From assembly GCF_009914755.1 (NCBI RefSeq), contig NC_060931.1: a stretch of DNA of 64,000 nucleotides, one strand, 5' to 3'. Position numbers and translations under genes: made by a program. The stretch's first letter is position 1. Each line of letters begins with the position of its first letter. Below are positions 29,530 through 54,465 of this stretch, piece by piece. This DNA is from the human T2T-CHM13v2.0 reference genome, Homo sapiens. The notes beneath the pieces are model-generated. The model saw only the letters and a list, made by a program, of their open reading frames with translations, had not been told where the DNA came from and did no database searches.

Positions 29530-29755
29530 TTAATACTTACAGATAATGCTTACTATGTGCTAGGCAGTGTTCTAAATGTTTTACATATATTATTGAAGTC
29601 TCACAACAGTCCCATGAGGCAGGTAGCTTTTATCACCATTTTACACATGAGAAAACTGAGCAACGCAGACTAACACTTGATCCAGGTAGTACAGTGGCAG
29701 AGGCCTGATTCTAACCCAGGCAGTCTGGCTCAAGAGTCCAAGCTCTTTACCACCA
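29530..29755 (-). mobile_element. MIR
   Basis: Core motif ccattttacacatgagaaaactgag...aacccaggcagtctggctcaagagtccaagctctttacc. Confidence 0.7.
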
Positions 29756-29908
29756 CTCTTTCTGTCTTCCTTTCTTGTCTTCTTTTTTCTTTCTTTCCCT
29801 CCCTCCCTCCTTTCTTCCCTTCCTTTCTTTTCCTTCCCTCCCTCCCTCCCTCCTTTCTTTTTTTCTTTTCTTTCTCCTTCTTTTCCTTTTCTTTCTTTTC
29901 ATTTTTTT
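29756..29908. repeat. CT-rich polypyrimidine simple repeat (expanded Alu tail)
   Basis: (cctt/ccct/tttc)n directly before a minus-strand Alu. Confidence 0.9.
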
Positions 29909-30951
29909 GAGACATTGGCTCACTCTGTCTCCCCAGGCTGAGTGCAGTGGTGCAGTCACGGCTCACTGCAGCCTCAACCTCCCTGGGTCAAGTGATCCTC
30001 CCACCTCAGCTTCCTGAGTAGCTGGGTCTACAGGTGCACACCACCATGCCTGGCTAATTTTTTCTATTTTTCATAGTGACAAGGTCTCACTTTGTTGTCT
30101 GGGCTGGTCTCAAACTCCTGACCTCAAGCAATCCTCCCACCTTCACCCACCAAAGCACTGAGATTATAGGTGTGAGCCACCACACCCAGCCTTTTACCAC
30201 TGCTTTAAATTCCATTTAGATCTAATATTGATAGAATGATAACCATATCAACCAGATTTTTAAAATATGCAAACAATGGTGCCATTTTTTGTATCTGTAC
30301 GACAAAAATATATAGAGTTTGTATTATAGCTTTTATCTGTTTAGAGCACTCTTGGGAAAGGCAGGGAAATTACTGTGAAGGTATTGGTATTCGAGAAGTA
30401 AGTTCCTGGAGTGTTTGCCTTCTAAGCCTGAAGGTGTGAGGACATGGTTTGTCACACCCAGTTAACAAACAGATAGGCAGTGGAGTGAGCTATCCAGAGA
30501 CTTAGCAGATTAGCCTAGGGAGAAAGAAGAAAGGGGATCTGGGCACCTGAAGGGAGGGGGAGGGAAAAGAGTTTGTTTGAATCTGTCCCAGGTTAGGGTA
30601 GCTCTTTCTGAGGGAGGCCTTTTCATATGGACCTGCTGCATATAGAGACGGGAGAATCGGGCCTGAGGTGTGGTGCTAGCTAAAGCGCCACACAGATCTG
30701 GGAATTTAAGCGGAGTTTATTTCCTCAATCATTAGAAAGAACTTGAAAGGGTAGCAAACTGTGGTCATTTGAGAAGAATAGCAAGTGGTCTATTTGAATG
30801 TAACATACTCAACTGGGTTGGGAAAGAACCAGAATCTAGAGGTTGGCCATAAAAAGTGCAAAACCAGGTGTTCCTGTAAACCATGTAGTCTTGTAAACAC
30901 TGATAAGACACAGCACTGAGTCCTGGGCTTTTCTTCTGTAAAGTACTTGTA

Positions 30952-31175
30952 CAGGCTGAGGATCTGAAAATGCAAAATCTGAAACGCCCCAGTGAGCATT
31001 TCTGTTGAGTGTCATGTTGGCACTCAAAGTTTTGGATTTTGGAACATTTTGGATTTTGGACTTTCAGATTTGGGATGCTCAACTGGTATATAAAGCACAT
31101 ATTCCCAAATCTGAAAAATCCCAAATCCAAAGTATTTCAGCTCCAAAGTGTTTCAGATAAAGAATACTCAACCTG
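30952..31175. mobile_element. Tigger4 (Zombi) MITE
   Basis: TA-flanked terminal inverted repeats caggctgag...ctcaacctg, with internal ggattttggaacattttggattt. Confidence 0.75.
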
Positions 31176-31389
31176 TACTACATTGTACTAGACTTGCATT
31201 AGATTACCAGTTTTCAAAATTTGTACCTCAGAATCCTTGTTCTGTGTCAATGAAACAGGGATATCATACACCTTTGATTCACATTTTAATGTTTTAAACT
31301 TTAAAATATTATAAATGTTTATACACACTCAAATGCATCTCATGCTACTTTTTAATGTATTAGACACAACTGGTTTGTACTACCCAGTT

Positions 31390-31885
31390 ATCTCAAGAGA
31401 GTTATACTGAGTGAAAACCAGTGAGAACCCTAAAAGGTTACATACTATTTGATTGCATTCATGTAACATTATTGAAATAACAAACCTGCAGAGATGGAGA
31501 ACAGACTTAGTGGTTGCTAGGAGTTAGGGATGGGAGGTGAGGGGTGGTGTGGTTATAAAGTGGTAGCATGAGGGAGCTGTGTAGGGATGGAACAGTTCTG
31601 TATCTCAGGTGTGATTATACAAAGCTGCCAATGTGATAAAAATTTCATACAACCACACACACATATACTGCATATAAATCCTAGCATACTCAAGTCCCCC
31701 TTTGCTTACAAAACTGGTGAAACCTGAATAAACTTGGGATTGTACCAAGGTCAATTTCCTGATGGTGACCATGTACTAGAGTTACATCAATAACATTGGA
31801 GGAATTTGGGCGAGGGTACTTGGGACCTCCCTGTGTACTTTTTTGCAAATTCCTGTGATTTATAATTACAGTAATTTTAAAATAA
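31390..31885 (+). mobile_element. Old L1 (L1MC-like) 3' end
   Basis: ctgagtgaaaaccag...aaaggttacatac...gagatggagaacagacttagtggttgctagg...ttttaaaataaaa. Confidence 0.7.
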
Positions 31886-31964
31886 AAAGTTGGCCAGGTG
31901 CAGTGGCTCACACCTGTAATCCCAGCACTTTGGGAGGCCAAGGCAGATGGATGACCTGAGGTTA

Positions 31965-32252
<288 letters not shown>

Positions 32253-32924
32253 CTATAATGCCCACACCCAGGACAACAATCCTTGGAACAGTGTCTCACT
32301 TTGTGTATAGACTTGAAACTTTTAAAATGGTATTTTATTTTTTAATTAAAAATTTCTCTTTTCTTTTTTTTCCCTCCTCAGAGTTAGAAAGGATAAAATG
32401 TTATTGATCAGTGAGACTGTAGCTTTATGTTGATATTTTGAAATTTTAGGCTAGTGCTTGTTTTTTCATGTAACATTATGTAAGCACAGTTAGTACTATT
32501 AGAACTAATTGCATTAGGCAATAATGTGACTGCCTTATGCATATATCAAGATTAGTACATATTGTAAAGTTGTTATTTTTTACCAAAAAGTTTATGACTA
32601 CCAAGTATTCATTCCTTAACACTATTACAGAATTAATTTAGAAATGTTCTACTTTTAAAACTTCTGGACAGATGTACTTAAATCCTTAGATAGTGTTAAT
32701 GTACTACTTAAAAAAACACACAAAACATTATCATTTGTAAAATATGCTTTATCATCTATTCATGTTTGTGAATCAGGTTTTTCTTGATATCATGCAATCA
32801 AAACAAATTTAACATAAGACTGCCCAATCATCCATAATTTAAAGTTTGTGTTCATCAGAATAATTTTATTGTTCTCCTTATACATGTTGTACATTTGAGT
32901 TTGTTTGTTTTTTTTTTAAGATAG

Positions 32925-33231
<307 letters not shown>

Positions 33232-33234
33232 TGA

Positions 33235-33423
<189 letters not shown>

Positions 33424-34159
33424 TAGTAGAGATGGGGTTTCACCATGTTGGCCAAGCTGGTCTCGAACTCCTGACCTCGTGCTCTGCCCGCCTCGGCCTC
33501 CCAAAGTGCTGGGATTACAGGCGTGAGCCACCACGCCCTTATCTGTTTCTTATGTTATAGATCCACATAAAATTTCATTGAGAAAAATGTTCCTGTGCTA
33601 AAATATTTAAAGCAATTGGATTATGATTTATAAGTTTTATTTTGTAGTTAACATCTCTAGGAAAATTTCAGGGACACTGTTGCTGTCTTGTGATTATTGA
33701 TCCTTTTAAAAATTCATTGTATTTGAGAAGTAAAGTAGTAGAAAATCTATGACAAAATAGGGAATTAAAGTAGGCAGTATACTCAACTCCACTGTGTTTA
33801 AAGAGTTTGATTAATTCCTGTACATTGTGTTAGTGGTTAAGGTCTGGGACTGTAGAGTCAACCTGAGTTGAAATCTTGGCTCCATCACTTGATCTTTTGT
33901 TGTCTCAGTTTCTTCCTCCATAAAATGAGGGTAATAATAGTGTTAACTCATAGGATTATTGTGACTATGAAGTGGGCCAGTACATGTAAACAGACCTGGT
34001 GCCTGGTATAAAGGTACTCATAAAACATAGTTATTATTATTTTAGAACATGGATGAGATCTTAATGTATGTTTAATATGTCTTTTCCTCACTTAACATAT
34101 CACGGCTGAGTGCGGTGGCCATAATCCCCGCACTTTGGGAGGCTGAGGCAGGTGGATCA

Positions 34160-34429
<270 letters not shown>

Positions 34430-34479
34430 TTATTAAAAATTCCACCAGTAATGGAAGAGAATATTGGGTTCCCTGTGCC

Positions 34480-41497
<7,018 letters not shown>

Positions 41498-41844
41498 ATC
41501 TAGTTTTATGTCTTGATATCCTGGGCCCTGTCCATTTCCACATATATTTTAGAATCAGCTGTGATGTTCCACAAGAATACCTGTTAGGATTTTGATTAGA
41601 ATTGTGTTGAATCGGTCTGGGAAGAATTGATTTTTTTTTTTTTTTTTTTGCTACACCTACTATAATGGGAATTTGAAATCTTTATACCATTGAATCCTCT
41701 GATTATAAACATTATTTCTCCATGTGTTTTGGTCTTTAATTTTTTTCTCAATATTGTTATATAATTTTCTGTATAAATTATATTTGCATATTTTCCAAAC
41801 AGAATTTTTGAAGGAAAAAATTCTACTTAGAAGTAAACTGGTCA

Positions 41845-41985
<141 letters not shown>

Positions 41986-42538
41986 TTAGCAAGAAAATGA
42001 AAGATATTCCTGAAAAATATTGCAAAACTTCACTGAAGCTCATAAAAGAATTTAAAAAATGCTAAAACATATTTTGTTCTTCAGTAGGATAAAACTCACA
42101 TTTATAAGATGTCAGTATTCCCTCAAAGTTGCTGTATTTTATATTGTTAGAAAGACACTTTTTTTTAATCTTTTACGATTTCTAAAGGTAAGTATGCCTT
42201 AAAACTGATGACATCTTCTTGGTACTTCTGGCCATGTGGTAATTATGAAGTTAGATTAGGAGCATCTTAACCAATTTATTTTACATAACTTTCATTATGA
42301 GCGCAAGTCAGATGTGATATGAAAACAGAAGCATTTAAGTTTTAAGCTCTTTCAATTGGCCTAAAATATCTGTGCATCTTACATTGAAAATGTCTTAAAT
42401 TTAGTGAAACAGGCCAGGGAGAGTGGCTCATGCCTATAATTCAGCACTTTGGGAGGCCAAGGTGGGAGGATCACTTGAGGCCAGGAGTTGGAGACCAGCC
42501 TGGGCAATATAGTGAGAAGCCATCTCTGAAAAAAAAAA

Positions 42539-42581
<43 letters not shown>

Positions 42582-42772
42582 TTGTGAATTTAAAGTAATC
42601 CCAATTAATATCTCAATAGGCTTTTCAAAACTTGATTCTTAAGTTTATATGAAAGAGCAAAAATGAAATTTTTCACCAAAATGATGAAAATCTGTTCATG
42701 AAGGGGGTATTAGTGCTGTCAAATATTAAAGTGTATGTTGAAGGCAAACCAATTTGAGCCTCGGATCACTGA

Positions 42773-43174
<402 letters not shown>

Positions 43175-43879
43175 TGACCTCAAGTGATCCGCCCACCTCG
43201 GCCTGCTAAAGTGCTAGGATTACAGACGTGAGCCACCGCACCCAGTCACTATCTCACTTCTTTTGCTTAACATGTCTATGAGATTTATTTATGTTGTATA
43301 TTGCAATTCTTTTTTATTGTGTAGGATTATGTTGTGTTAATTTATCACATTTTATCTGTTTTACTGTTGATGGAAATTTTGGTTGTTTCTGTATTTTGGC
43401 TAAAATGAATAAAACTGCTAAAAACATTTTGTACATGTTTGGTGGACCTACTCATTTTCTGTTGGAATTGAGTGGAACTGCTGGGGCATAGGATGTATAT
43501 TTGTTTTGTTTTGGTATATATTGCATTTTCCGGAATGATTGTAACAGCTTACACTCCTATCAGCAGTATAATAGGTTCCTCTCCTATCTTCCTTCCTTCC
43601 TCCCTCCCTCCCTCTCTCCCTCTCTCTCATGATTCTTCATCATTCAACTTGAGCCCTTGCATACAGAAAAAATGTTGATGAATTTGCATAAAAACCGACA
43701 AGCTGCTGGGCTTGGTGGCTCACGCCTGTAATCCCAGCACTTTGAGAGGCTGAGGCAGGTGGATCACTTGAGGCCAGGAGTTCGAGACCAGCCTGGCCAA
43801 CATGGTGAAACTCCATGTCTACTAAAAATACCAAAATTAGCTGGGTGTGGTGGTACATGCCTGTAATCCCAGCTACTTA

Positions 43880-44053
<174 letters not shown>

Positions 44054-45784
44054 CTAGTATAAACAAAATTGGGACTCCAGTGACAAACTGGGAAAAAACA
44101 GTTGCCATGCAGCATGTTCAAAGGGCTAATTTCCTTTAAAAAGCAGGATCACTTGCTGATAGAAAAGACCAACAACTCAGTAGACAAGTGGGCACATTCA
44201 GAGACAGTTTAAAGGAATGACAGGTGGCTCCTAAATGTATGAAATGGTTCTCTTTCAGTCGGTATAAGAGAAAAGCAAATTGAAACTATACTGAAAGCAT
44301 TTAAAAAATATCCAATTAACCAAGATGAAGAAGTTTGATTAGCTGTTGGCTAAGGTGTAGGAAAATAGCTACTTCCCTATATTAATGGTAAGATTCTAAA
44401 CTCTATGGAGAGCAATTGGATAATATCCATTAAAATTTAATAATGCACATATTTTGTGTAGTATAGATAAGTTTAGATAAGATGTGATGTATTTACACAA
44501 TGGGATATTATAGAGCAATAGGAATGAATGAATTCCAATTCACCTAATATGAATGACTCACAAACATAATGTTGGGTGAAAGAGCCATGCACAAAAATAT
44601 AAGTATAAAAACAGACAAAATTGTGATGTTAGAAGTCAGGGTAGTATTACTCTTGGGGAGCTCACACTGGATTGAGACAAGGGGCTTTTGGAGGCTTATA
44701 ATCTTGTGTGTTTTTTTTTTTTTTAATCTGTGTGTTAGGTAGGATTATATTGGGAAAATTCATCAAGCTATGAACTTTAGAATTATGTACTGTTCTGAAT
44801 GTATGCTATACGTCAATACACATTTTTATGTAAATAAAAATAGTGTACATACATGCAGTCACACATAAAGAATGCACTTAACACGTATATATATACATAT
44901 ATATATACACACACACTCTTGTCTATGTGGGGGTTAAAAATAGCACAAAGGTATTCATCACTGTGTTTATAAGCACAAAAGTTCATACAAAACCTAATTA
45001 CCCATAAGTAGGGAACTGGTAAAATAATCGATATAGTCATACAGTGAGTTAGTAGCAGCTCTTAAAACGAGTAAGGCAGTTGTATATGAAGTAATTTAGA
45101 AAAGGCTCTAAGATATATTAAATGAAAAGACCAAAGTGCATGAACAGTACGTGTAGTATGTCACTATTTGTGTATGGGTGTGTTTTATCTCAAAAGGCAT
45201 ATATTTACAAGCATATATATGCCTTTTGAGATAAAGTTAGAATATATTAGATACAGTTAGAATATATTTGGAAAGGTGGGAAGATATACTAACACTGGCT
45301 GTCTCTGAGGAGTGGAACTGAGTGGCCAGAAGGCAGAATTGGGTGACACTTTCTATACTAATTTGTGACTTAAAATTTTTTAAAAGTTTAAATTGTGATA
45401 AAATACTTACCGTCTTAAACATATTTAAGGGTACAGTTCAGTAGTGTTAAGTATATTCATATTGTTGTACAAACAGCCTCCAAAACTTTTTCATAGACAT
45501 TAGACAAGTACTTAATACCTCCCCTACCCTTGGTGGTCACCATTCTACTTTCTGTTTCTATGAATTTGACTACTCTGGATAGCTAATGCAAGTGGAATCA
45601 TATAGTGTTTGTCCTTTTGTAACTGGTGTGTTTCATTTAGCACAATGTTCTCAAGATCCATACTATTTTGTGACTTTTGAATTCTGTTCTTTCTTTGTTT
45701 TTTACCCTTTTTCTTTTTTTTTTCTTGTTTCATGATTTTATAATTTAACAGGCTTATAAATATTTTTTATTACTTTTTTAAAAT

Positions 45785-45849
45785 TTTATTATTATTATAC
45801 TTTTTTAGGGTACATGTGCACAACATGCCGATTTGTTACATATGTATAC
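45785..45849 (-). mobile_element. Short L1PA 3'-end fragment
   Basis: tttattattattatacttt..agggtacatgtgcacaacatg..tttgttacatatgtatac. Confidence 0.75.
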
Positions 45850-46538
45850 TAAAGAGCATTAAAGTAAAAAAAAGACCTTATTCCAAGTTGGTTAATTACA
45901 TGGTAAAAAGTTGAAGGCTGGCGTGTCTTATTCATTTCAACCAATATTAAATGCCAGTTTGGGCAGCAAAACAACTTTCTGCCAAAGCGCCATTTGAAGC
46001 CTGGTTTATGACATGTTTCTCCTTTTGTCATCTTTGGGTGCCACCCAAAATGCAGGCTCAAGTCCCCAGCCTCTTGACTCTGCTCCACAGTTTTCCCCCT
46101 TGGCTTATTGTCCAACTTTGGCCTACTCTTCCAAATCCACCTCTTTATCCCAGGAATAAGCTGCTTCTATGCCAAGGGCATGGCTTCCTCTTTGCAGAGT
46201 GTCCTCACATCTCTGACCTGGAAAAATGGGGGTTTTTCATTCTCCTAGCTTTTTAGTGCTGCTTTGAGATTATTATTCTAGAGCCTTCTGCAGTAATGTT
46301 GTTTCTCATGGATTGAAATTCATTGTTTCCAGTAGGCTTTTTGACAAGATGTGGGAACAGAAGAAAAAGGTGAAATGACTCTGAAGCTTATGGGAGGACT
46401 GGGTATCATTAACTGGCACAGAGGGAGAAAGGCAGGCTCTAGGTGGAAGATATGTGACTTGCTTTGAAAATAATTGAGATTCTGGCCTGTGAAAACAGCT
46501 GGAGTTATGAGCTAGAAATGGGGACTTAAAAAATAGCT

Positions 46539-46540
<2 letters not shown>

Positions 46541-46577
<37 letters not shown>

Positions 46578-46588
46578 TGTGTGTGTGT
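46541..46588. repeat. (GT)n microsatellite
   Basis: About 24 GT units with one interruption. Confidence 0.95.
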
Positions 46589-46766
46589 ATTGAAAATACA
46601 GGAAAGTGTTACCCATAAAATAGATCATCATTCTTAACATTTTAAGTGAATTAACTTTTGTTTTTTCCTCTGGTTGTATGTGTATAAAAGTACATATATA
46701 GCTGGGTGTGTTGGCTCACGCCTGTTATCCCAGCACTTTGGGAGGCTGAGGCTGGCAGATCACTTA

Positions 46767-47030
<264 letters not shown>

Positions 47031-48077
47031 TTATATTTGGTATTCACCTTTTTTCCTTCTGTGAATGAAGAAGTCCAGTGCCAGTTACATAGTACTTCTG
47101 TTAAGAGTTAGCAGCAAAAGAGGTCATGAATGAATTTGTGGGACTTGTTGAGATTATACAGGGTGAGATCCTACACAGATGGAGAAGAAAATGTGGCAAG
47201 AATAAGATTTTGGAAACTTGCCTAAACTTGCCTAGAGCTTTCAGGATTCAAGAATCAGAAATCATAATCAAAGAGGTAGGAAAATTAAGAGTTTAGTGTC
47301 AAACTAAGAAGAGCAAATTCTAAGAAAAAAGGAAGAAAAATATTGTCTGCTATTATAAAGAGGTAGAGCTGAATGAAGACTAAGCCTTTAGATACTAAAT
47401 TGAGGGCGTAGTGGCTGGCAAATGCCTGTAATCTCAGCGCTTTGGGAGGCCTATGTGGGAGGATGCCTTGAGCCCAGGAGTTTGAGGCTGCAGTGAGGTA
47501 TGAGCCACTGCACTCCAGCCTGGGCGAGAGTGAGACCCTGTCTCAAAACAGCGATAACAATAAGATACAAAATTGAGAAACTGTTACTTGATTTACAGTA
47601 TATATTCTGTCCAGCAGTGATGGAATAACAAGGACTGGATTTACCTTGCTATTTTAAGCAACTAGAAAACTGGACAATATACGAAATACCAATTTGTAGG
47701 AATTAGGTAACAGGCAATGCAAGACTGTGGTCACTGAAAGGTGGGAAACAAACTTACTGAGCTCTGCGGTTTCCCCAATTTATTATCTGGAGCTGCTTTT
47801 CAGGCTACAGAGCGGGGATGGGGAAGCCAAATAGAGCCTGGTATCTTAGAATTGAGAGGACAAGGTGGGGGTTGGCGGGGAGGGAAGGTCACCATCATTT
47901 GTGGCGCAGAGTACCAGAGAGGCAGGAGTTGTACACAGAACTCCAGAGATAGGTGGTGGAGTCTCCCAAAGTCTGGTTGAGTCCTGATGTACACATGCAT
48001 GAGAGGAGAGCACCTGAGGCCAGAGAAAGAACCCTCAGCCTTACTTTTAGATATCTAAAGAGCCCAGTCTGCCCTAA

Positions 48078-48500
<423 letters not shown>

Positions 48501-48583
48501 TGAGATTACAGACATGAGCTACTGTGCCCAGCCCTGTCTCTACTTTTTAAGAAGCATAGCTCTTCCAGGGTTGCAGAGGGGAG

Positions 48584-49680
<1,097 letters not shown>

Positions 49681-49694
49681 TTTTTTTTTTGTAG

Positions 49695-49826
<132 letters not shown>

Positions 49827-50124
49827 TAACATTTGCAGGCTGGACACGGTGGCTCACTCCTGTAATCCCAACACTTTGGGAGGCTGAGGTGGGCAGATCA
49901 CTTGAGGTCAGGAGATCGAGACTGTCCTGGCCAACATGGTGAAACCCTGTCTTTACTAAAAATACAAAAATTAGCTGAGTGCGGTGGTGCACGCCTGTAG
50001 TCCCAACTACTTGAGGGGCTGAGACATGAGAATCACTTTAACCCAGAGGCGGAGGTTGCAGTGAGCCAAGATCGTGCCACTGCACTCCAGCCTGGGTGAC
50101 AGAGTGAGATTCCATCTCGAAAAA

Positions 50125-50163
<39 letters not shown>

Positions 50164-50377
50164 CATTTGCAAGTTCCAGGGAACAGGACCCAGATCTTTT
50201 TGAGAGGTGAGAGATATTTTTCAGACTACCATGGAGAGGAAGAAGAAAGAATAGTTCTGATGTTTCTGCTATTGTGCTCTTCAGAGAGCAGATGCCTAGA
50301 CTCCAGTTCTTCCTCAGTGAGATTAGGGTTGAGATGGGAGTTTATTAGAGAAATTCCAGCATTGAACCCTCATCTGA

Positions 50378-50812
<435 letters not shown>

Positions 50813-51857
50813 TAGTATGAGTATGTCTTAAGGCTCCCCTAGGTAATTCTATTATATAGCCGGGGTTGATAGATACTGGATTCAACAAGTAAGAGGTGAT
50901 GATCTTGCCTAGAGATCTTTAGGGAGCAATGGAACAATGAGTCTTGGGTATTTCAGATGGACTGATGGGAGTAGGGCACATAGACGGCTCTGTCAAGTGA
51001 TGGGCTGAGAGGCCATGTGCCATTTCTCATTGTGGGTGTTGTCAGTCCTCAGAGCAGTTGTTCACTCTCTGCTCTGAGCACCCCCATATCTCCTCTACAG
51101 CACTCAACATTTTATTTTAGTTTTGCTATCTATATAGATATGTGTCTGTCTATCTCCTGACCATCTCGCTATCTCTCCATCTGTCTATCATCTCTGTATC
51201 TCTCCTATTGATTTTGTTTCACTGGACAACCCTGATAATACACAGCCAATCCATAAACTGAGACAAAGAAAGCTTGGGCTGGATGCCATAGCTTGAGCCT
51301 GTAATTCCAGCATTTTTGGGAGGCTGAGGTGAGAGGATCACTTGAGGCCAGGAGTTTGAGACCAGTCTGGACAACATAGCAAGAAATAAAATATCTCCAA
51401 GAAAATAAAAATAAAAATTAGCCAAGCCCGGTAGTGCATGCCTGTAGTCCCAGCTACTCAGAAGGCTGAGGTGGGAAGATTGCTGGTGTCCAGGAGTTTG
51501 AGGTTGCAGTGAGCTGTGATTGCACTACAGCTCTCCAGCCTAGGTGACAGAGAAAGACCCAATCTCTAAAAAATAAAATTACAAAGAAAGGTTTGTTCAC
51601 ACCTCTAACATAATCTTGTAAAGATTTATATGCTCTTTGTTCTCCTCACTTAATAAAGTACAGGTTACCCTCCCACCCTCTCTATTCAAACTTAACAAAA
51701 CCCATTTTTTTAAATAAAACTTTTATGATATTAGTCTTGACATGGAGTAGGCGTGCAGATTGGGATATAGAACAAAGAGGGGGATAAAAATAAAATAAGC
51801 CAATGTTTCCATTCTCAAAGAGTTAGTGGGAAAAATGGTTATGTTTTCAAATATCTA

Positions 51858-53025
<1,168 letters not shown>

Positions 53026-53356
53026 GAGCAATGTATAAAGAAGGCAGAAAATGGCAAGTATACAATAATTTCTAATTTTATAGGGACCTTAATTAAGACA
53101 TAGAATGAGTTACCAGGATGTCAGGGGTGGGAGTTAGCTGCTCTGTCTTATTTTACCAAGCAGAGCCTGACCCTGGCAGGTGAATGGTTCTAAAAGGCGA
53201 ACAGTGGCAGCACCGGAGGAGACACTGGGCTTCCTGATCCCAGTGCAGAGCTCTTATACTGACGCACACAGAGGAAAGTGAGCCAATAGCAGCCATCCAC
53301 TCACTGAATTTAGCCCATATCTCCTTCAACCCTTCTGACAAGCAGATACCTCCTGC

Positions 53357-53712
53357 TGTATTAGTCTGTTTTCATGCTGCTAATAAAGACATACCCAAGA
53401 CTGGGTAATTTACAAAGGAAAGAGGTTTAATGAACTCAGTTCTACGTGGCTGGGGTGGCTTCACAATCATGGCAGAAGACAAAGGACGAGCAAGGGGACG
53501 TCTTACATGGTGGCAGACAAGAGAGAGCGTGTGTGGGGGAACTCCCATTTGTAAAACTATCAGATCTCATGACACTTATTCAGTACCATGAGAACAGTAT
53601 GGGGGAAACCACCCCCATGATTCAATTATCTCCACATGGCCCCACCCTTGACACCTGGGGATTATTACAATTCAAGATGAGATTTGGGTGGAGACACAGG
53701 GAAGCCATATCA
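53357..53712 (-). mobile_element. THE1 solo LTR
   Basis: tgtattagtctgttttcatgctgctaataaagacatacc...gagatttgggtggagacacag..atatca; near-TSD cctgc/cctac. Confidence 0.85.
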
Positions 53713-54198
53713 CCTACCATCCATCCCTTCCTCTCCAGTTTCATTATGCCACTGCCTCAGTTCAGGTTATTGCCATTTCTTGCATGGACTATTGCAGTAG
53801 CTTCCTAATCTGTCTGCCTGATTCCAATCTGCATTTCTTCCAACTCAACTTTCAACTTACCAGGCAGCCAGGTTGAAGGCTCTAAAATGGAAATCAGGTC
53901 ACATTTCTCTCCTAATAACAGTTGTCAAAGCCTCCTCTTATAGGAAAGTGTTCAAATCTCCTAAATTAGCACCAAGATCTTCCTGTGGTCTAGCAGCTGC
54001 CTTCTTCCCAGCCTCAGTTCCCACTCCAGCCATAGCGGGACACTACATCCCAGGCTTCCCTTTCAGAATGCCTTTTCCCACTTCATCTTATTCTCTTCTA
54101 ATGATACCTCAAAACTCCTCTCCATCATCTCCTTCCTGGGGAAATTTGATTTTATATTTGTTTTGAAAACAAATGCCTTGGCTGGGCTCAGTGGCTCA

Positions 54199-54465
<267 letters not shown>

